DNA of 64,000 nucleotides from NCBI GenBank assembly GCA_938031175.1, contig CALHGZ010000007.1, positions 2,999 through 66,998 of the forward strand, written 5' to 3'. A model generated the notes under the pieces. The model saw only the letters and a list, made by a program, of their open reading frames with translations, had not been told where the DNA came from and made no database searches. Numbering within the stretch: position 1 is the first letter of the stretch; each line of letters starts with the position of its first letter. The stretch comes from Candidatus Kapaibacterium sp. (GTDB lineage: Bacteria; Bacteroidota; Ignavibacteria; Kapaibacteriales; UBA2268). The position numbers and the translations under genes are program-made. Shown here one piece after another: positions 60,780-64,000 of the stretch.

Positions 60780-61518
60780 GAAAATACTCGCTATCGATAT
60801 AGGTAATACCAGGACGAAATTGCTTTTGGATGATAAATTATTAGCTTTTTCCTATTCTGATACAGAATGGTTGCAAAAATTTATAGATTTTTTAAGTAAG
60901 AAGAAAATTTCTAAAGTTTACTATTGTTCGGTTAATAATCTTATAGCTGATAAAATTTTTGATATACTACAAAATCAGCTTTTCCTTGAATATTACAATA
61001 TAATTGATTTAATAAGGGATTATCGCATCATTGAATTTGATCATATTTCCGGAATAGGAGATGACAGGGTTGTAAGTTTAGCTTCAGCACTATTTTTCGA
61101 ATCACCTCCCTTAATTACAGTTGATTGCGGTACTGCAATCACAATAAATGTCCTTGATGAGAATAAAAAATGTTTGGGAGGAGCAATTTTTGCTGGTTTA
61201 AATACTCAAATGGATGCTTTAGCAATTCAAACTCAAAAGCTGCGAAAGATAAATTTTAAAGAACAAATTCAGTTGCCTGCCCAAAATACAGAAGATGCTC
61301 TCAATTCCGGTATAGTTATTGCTGTTGTTGGTGGTGTCAAAGAAATTATCTCCAGAATTATGTGGAGTTATTTTACAACGCGTAAATTAACTATAATATT
61401 TACGGGTGGGAATGCCCCTTTGATTTACAAATATTTTAATTACCCTTTAAAATCTTTATTAATAGACGATTTAAATAATTTAGGTATCCAAAAAATTGCT
61501 AACCTTTATGGAAAATAG
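60766..61518 (+). CDS. coaX: type III pantothenate kinase
   Basis: IDIGNTRTK, GDDR, VDCGTAIT, GGAI, TGG. Confidence 0.9.
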   Translation: MSIPEKILAIDIGNTRTKLLLDDKLLAFSYSDTEWLQKFIDFLSKKKISKVYYCSVNNLIADKIFDILQNQLFLEYYNIIDLIRDYRIIEFDHISGIGDDRVVSLASALFFESPPLITVDCGTAITINVLDENKKCLGGAIFAGLNTQMDALAIQTQKLRKINFKEQIQLPAQNTEDALNSGIVIAVVGGVKEIISRIMWSYFTTRKLTIIFTGGNAPLIYKYFNYPLKSLLIDDLNNLGIQKIANLYGK

Positions 61519-61530
61519 TTAAAAAAAGAA

Positions 61531-62295
61531 ATGATAAGAAATAAAAAAATAATAATAGTTTTACCGGCATACAATGCTGGGAAGACATTAGTAAAAACTT
61601 ACAGCGAAATACCATTTGATATAGTTGATGATGTGATTTTAGTAGATGATAATAGCACCGACAATACAATAGAAGTTGCCCGTCAAATTGGGGTCAGGCA
61701 CATTATAAAACACGAACGTAATCAAGGATATGGTGCAAATCAGAAAACTTGCTATAACAAGGCACTCGAACTCGGTGCTGATATTGTGATAATGCTTCAT
61801 CCCGATTATCAGTATACCCCAAAGTTAATCCACTCGATGGCTTATATCATAGCAAATGAGGTTTATCCTGTTGTTTTAGGTTCTCGTATCCTTGGGAAGG
61901 GAGCCTTGCGAGGTGGTATGCCATTATACAAATACATTGCTAATCGCATTCTGACTCTTGTTCAAAATTTACTTATTGGACAAAAATTATCTGAATATCA
62001 TACCGGTTACAGAGCATTTTCTGCAGATGTATTGAGGAAAATTAATTATCAGGCTAATTCCGATGATTTTATATTTGACAATCAGATGATTTCTCAAATT
62101 TTTATGGCTGGTTATGAGATAGCTGAAATTACCTGCCCAACAAAATATTTCAAAGAAGCTTCTTCAATTAATTTAATAAGAAGTATAAAATATGGCTTGG
62201 GCGTGCTGTGGGTTTCATTTAAACATTTTCTGCAAAGATTAGGATTAGGTCGATTCAAGCTTTATCGATGTAGGAACAGTAATAGTTCCATTTAA
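61531..62295 (+). CDS. glycosyltransferase family 2 (Dpm1-like)
   Basis: PAYNA, VDDNSTD, HPDYQY, GSR, HTGYRAF. Confidence 0.9.
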   Translation: MIRNKKIIIVLPAYNAGKTLVKTYSEIPFDIVDDVILVDDNSTDNTIEVARQIGVRHIIKHERNQGYGANQKTCYNKALELGADIVIMLHPDYQYTPKLIHSMAYIIANEVYPVVLGSRILGKGALRGGMPLYKYIANRILTLVQNLLIGQKLSEYHTGYRAFSADVLRKINYQANSDDFIFDNQMISQIFMAGYEIAEITCPTKYFKEASSINLIRSIKYGLGVLWVSFKHFLQRLGLGRFKLYRCRNSNSSI

Positions 62296-62346
62296 AAGGA
62301 ATTAATATTTATCCGTTGAAAATAAGTTTGAAAAATTGATATATTA

Positions 62347-63069
62347 TCAAATAGAACTTATCGCTTCGTTTAAAAATTCGAGGAATGGAATTGATATAAT
62401 CGCGTATTCTTCAATGAGCAAAATTAATTTCTCTGAATAGGTATGTTTGATATCTATATCATTATAAATATCAAAATTTTTCAATTTTAAGTATTCCGAG
62501 GCGGGGTGGTTGTATTGGTAACCGGGAGGTAAGCGTTTAAGTTTTTCACCAACAAATCTGTAGGGGAAATATTTTATAAAATCGCGATTATTAATAATTT
62601 TATCAAATTCAAGCCAATTGTTGTATATAGACTGTCGTATTGCTTTCAATTGCTCAGGATCAGGTTGGTGAAGTCCAGCAGCTATGAAGCATTCAGTCGC
62701 ATCAATATGAAAATAGATTCCGGGTGCGTTAATAGGCTTTTTCCCGCTGTTATTAAATCCGTAGTGGAAGTATATACCTATGTTTGTTTTGTAAGGTTCT
62801 TTGTTTTTGCTAAAACGGATATCTCTATAAATTCTGAAGATAGAGCGCTTTGGATCAGCGATAAATGGGATATTTTTTTCAATAAATATCTTTGACATTG
62901 AGTAAACAAATAATTTTGCGGGTATTTTTATAGATTTTTCGTAAAAATCTCGATTTGATTCGAACCATTGGCGGTTGTTATTTTCTTTAAGTTCAGATAA
63001 AAAATTTTGTAAATCTTTAGGGAAACCTTCAAAGTATTTGTAAAAAGATGAATTATTTTGTTTATCCAT
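62347..63069 (-). CDS. DUF2461 family protein
   Basis: NNNRQWFE, FRIYRDIRFSKNKEPYKT, GIYFH. Confidence 0.85.
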   Translation of the reverse strand: MDKQNNSSFYKYFEGFPKDLQNFLSELKENNNRQWFESNRDFYEKSIKIPAKLFVYSMSKIFIEKNIPFIADPKRSIFRIYRDIRFSKNKEPYKTNIGIYFHYGFNNSGKKPINAPGIYFHIDATECFIAAGLHQPDPEQLKAIRQSIYNNWLEFDKIINNRDFIKYFPYRFVGEKLKRLPPGYQYNHPASEYLKLKNFDIYNDIDIKHTYSEKLILLIEEYAIISIPFLEFLNEAISSI

Positions 63070-63078
63070 AGTTACAAT

Positions 63079-63978
63079 TTAATCAGTTAGTCTAAATTTT
63101 AATGATTCTAATCCACTTTGTAAAGTACAAAATTTAAAACCTAATTCAACTTCGGTTTTTAAAGTTAATAAACCAGCTTTTTTTGGAATTTTGATTTGAT
63201 TATGAGTATTATTTTCTGCTTCAATTATTCTACTCATATCAAGTTTAAAAATTTCAGCGACCGTTCTTGCTATTTGTAATTGATTCAACCAGTCAGCACC
63301 ACCTACATTATAAATACCAAATTTTTCTTTTTCAATAAGCTTGCAGACGATTGAGGCTAGATCATCGGCATAAACAGGATTAGTGTAATATTCTGAGGAA
63401 GCAAAAAAATAGCCATTTTTTAGAGCTGTTTTAATTTTTCGGATGAAATCTATTTTATTAAAAGATGAGTATCCATAAAGCATGGTTGTGCGCAGTATAG
63501 AGTATCTATTCCATTGCGTTCTGCATATATTTTCGGCGGCGTGTTTGGATTTACCGAAATAATTTATAGGATTTGGTTTATCTTCTTCGGAATATAATCC
63601 TTTTGAGCCGTCGAATATTTGCTCAGAAGAAATAGTAATAAAATGAGCGTCTATGATTTTAGCTATTCTGGTTAAATTTTCGACTACATTTGAGTTCAAT
63701 TCCCATGCTAATCTTTTGTCTTTTTCACATTTTTCGATATCACTTAAACCAGCAGTATTTATAATGACATCAGGTCTTTCTTTAAGACAAATTAATTTTG
63801 TTGATTGTTTATCAAGGGCACTTAATTGATAAATACGGAACCAGCTTTTATAATTGTGATTATAAGGAGTGTTTGATAATAAAATAATATCAGATTCAAT
63901 CTCAGAACTAACAATTCTACTGATCGCTTCTCCGATTATGCTTGAAGCACCAGTTATAAGTATTTTCTTTCTTTTCAT
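63079..63978 (-). CDS. rfbD: dTDP-4-dehydrorhamnose reductase-like SDR
   Basis: ITGASSIIG, CE, ISSEQIFDG, PNPINYFGKSK; catalytic region somewhat divergent. Confidence 0.75.
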   Translation of the reverse strand: MKRKKILITGASSIIGEAISRIVSSEIESDIILLSNTPYNHNYKSWFRIYQLSALDKQSTKLICLKERPDVIINTAGLSDIEKCEKDKRLAWELNSNVVENLTRIAKIIDAHFITISSEQIFDGSKGLYSEEDKPNPINYFGKSKHAAENICRTQWNRYSILRTTMLYGYSSFNKIDFIRKIKTALKNGYFFASSEYYTNPVYADDLASIVCKLIEKEKFGIYNVGGADWLNQLQIARTVAEIFKLDMSRIIEAENNTHNQIKIPKKAGLLTLKTEVELGFKFCTLQSGLESLKFRLTD

Positions 63979-63991
63979 TTAATTAATAAAA

Positions 63992-64000
63992 TGTTCCACG
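63992..64000. promoter_or_regulatory. possible parS site truncated by window end
   Basis: window ends with TGTTCCACG, the first 9 nt of the parS palindrome TGTTCCACGTGGAACA, in intergenic DNA. Confidence 0.35.

Noticed and set aside
2037..62895. Numerous 60-120 aa ORFs overlapping core genes (e.g. 6322..6540, 20010..20279, 27586..27927, 42424..42792, 52770..53102)
   Set aside because: Antisense or alternate-frame shadows of well-supported genes, with no independent motifs or ribosome-binding sites.

Overview
AT-rich (roughly 30% GC by eye) bacterial chromosomal segment, most likely from a basal Bacteroidota/FCB lineage (Kapabacteria/Ignavibacteria-like). This placement is inferred from five large T9SS-type cargo proteins, TTTG-N20/21-TAnnTTTG promoters and gene content. 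Most of the window is housekeeping: ybeY, accC/BCCP, murF, efp, ahcY, metK, rimO, hrcA, coaD, pth-rplY-prs-tRNA-Gln, rpiB, serS, lepA-lepB-hemW, rfbA, mltD, lpxH, birA, coaX and rfbD. No CRISPR array, rRNA, prophage or intact mobile element was seen. The most notable items are: (1) a protoglobin plus 4-Cys MarR module with a palindromic operator lying inside the protoglobin promoter; (2) a GC-clamped candidate ncRNA with CUCUAU repeats, its own promoter and a U-tail (38.03-38.17 kb); (3) a DnaA-box cluster between rpiB and serS that may be a dnaA-unlinked oriC, plus a truncated parS-like site at the window end; (4) two paralogous secreted gingipain(C25)-like proteins with apparent His>Cys / Cys>Ser changes at the dyad positions; (5) a collapsed type III R-M scar (mod 5' end joined to res 3' end); (6) a second signal peptidase I gene split at a T9 tract. 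All family assignments come from motif recognition by eye, not database searches.
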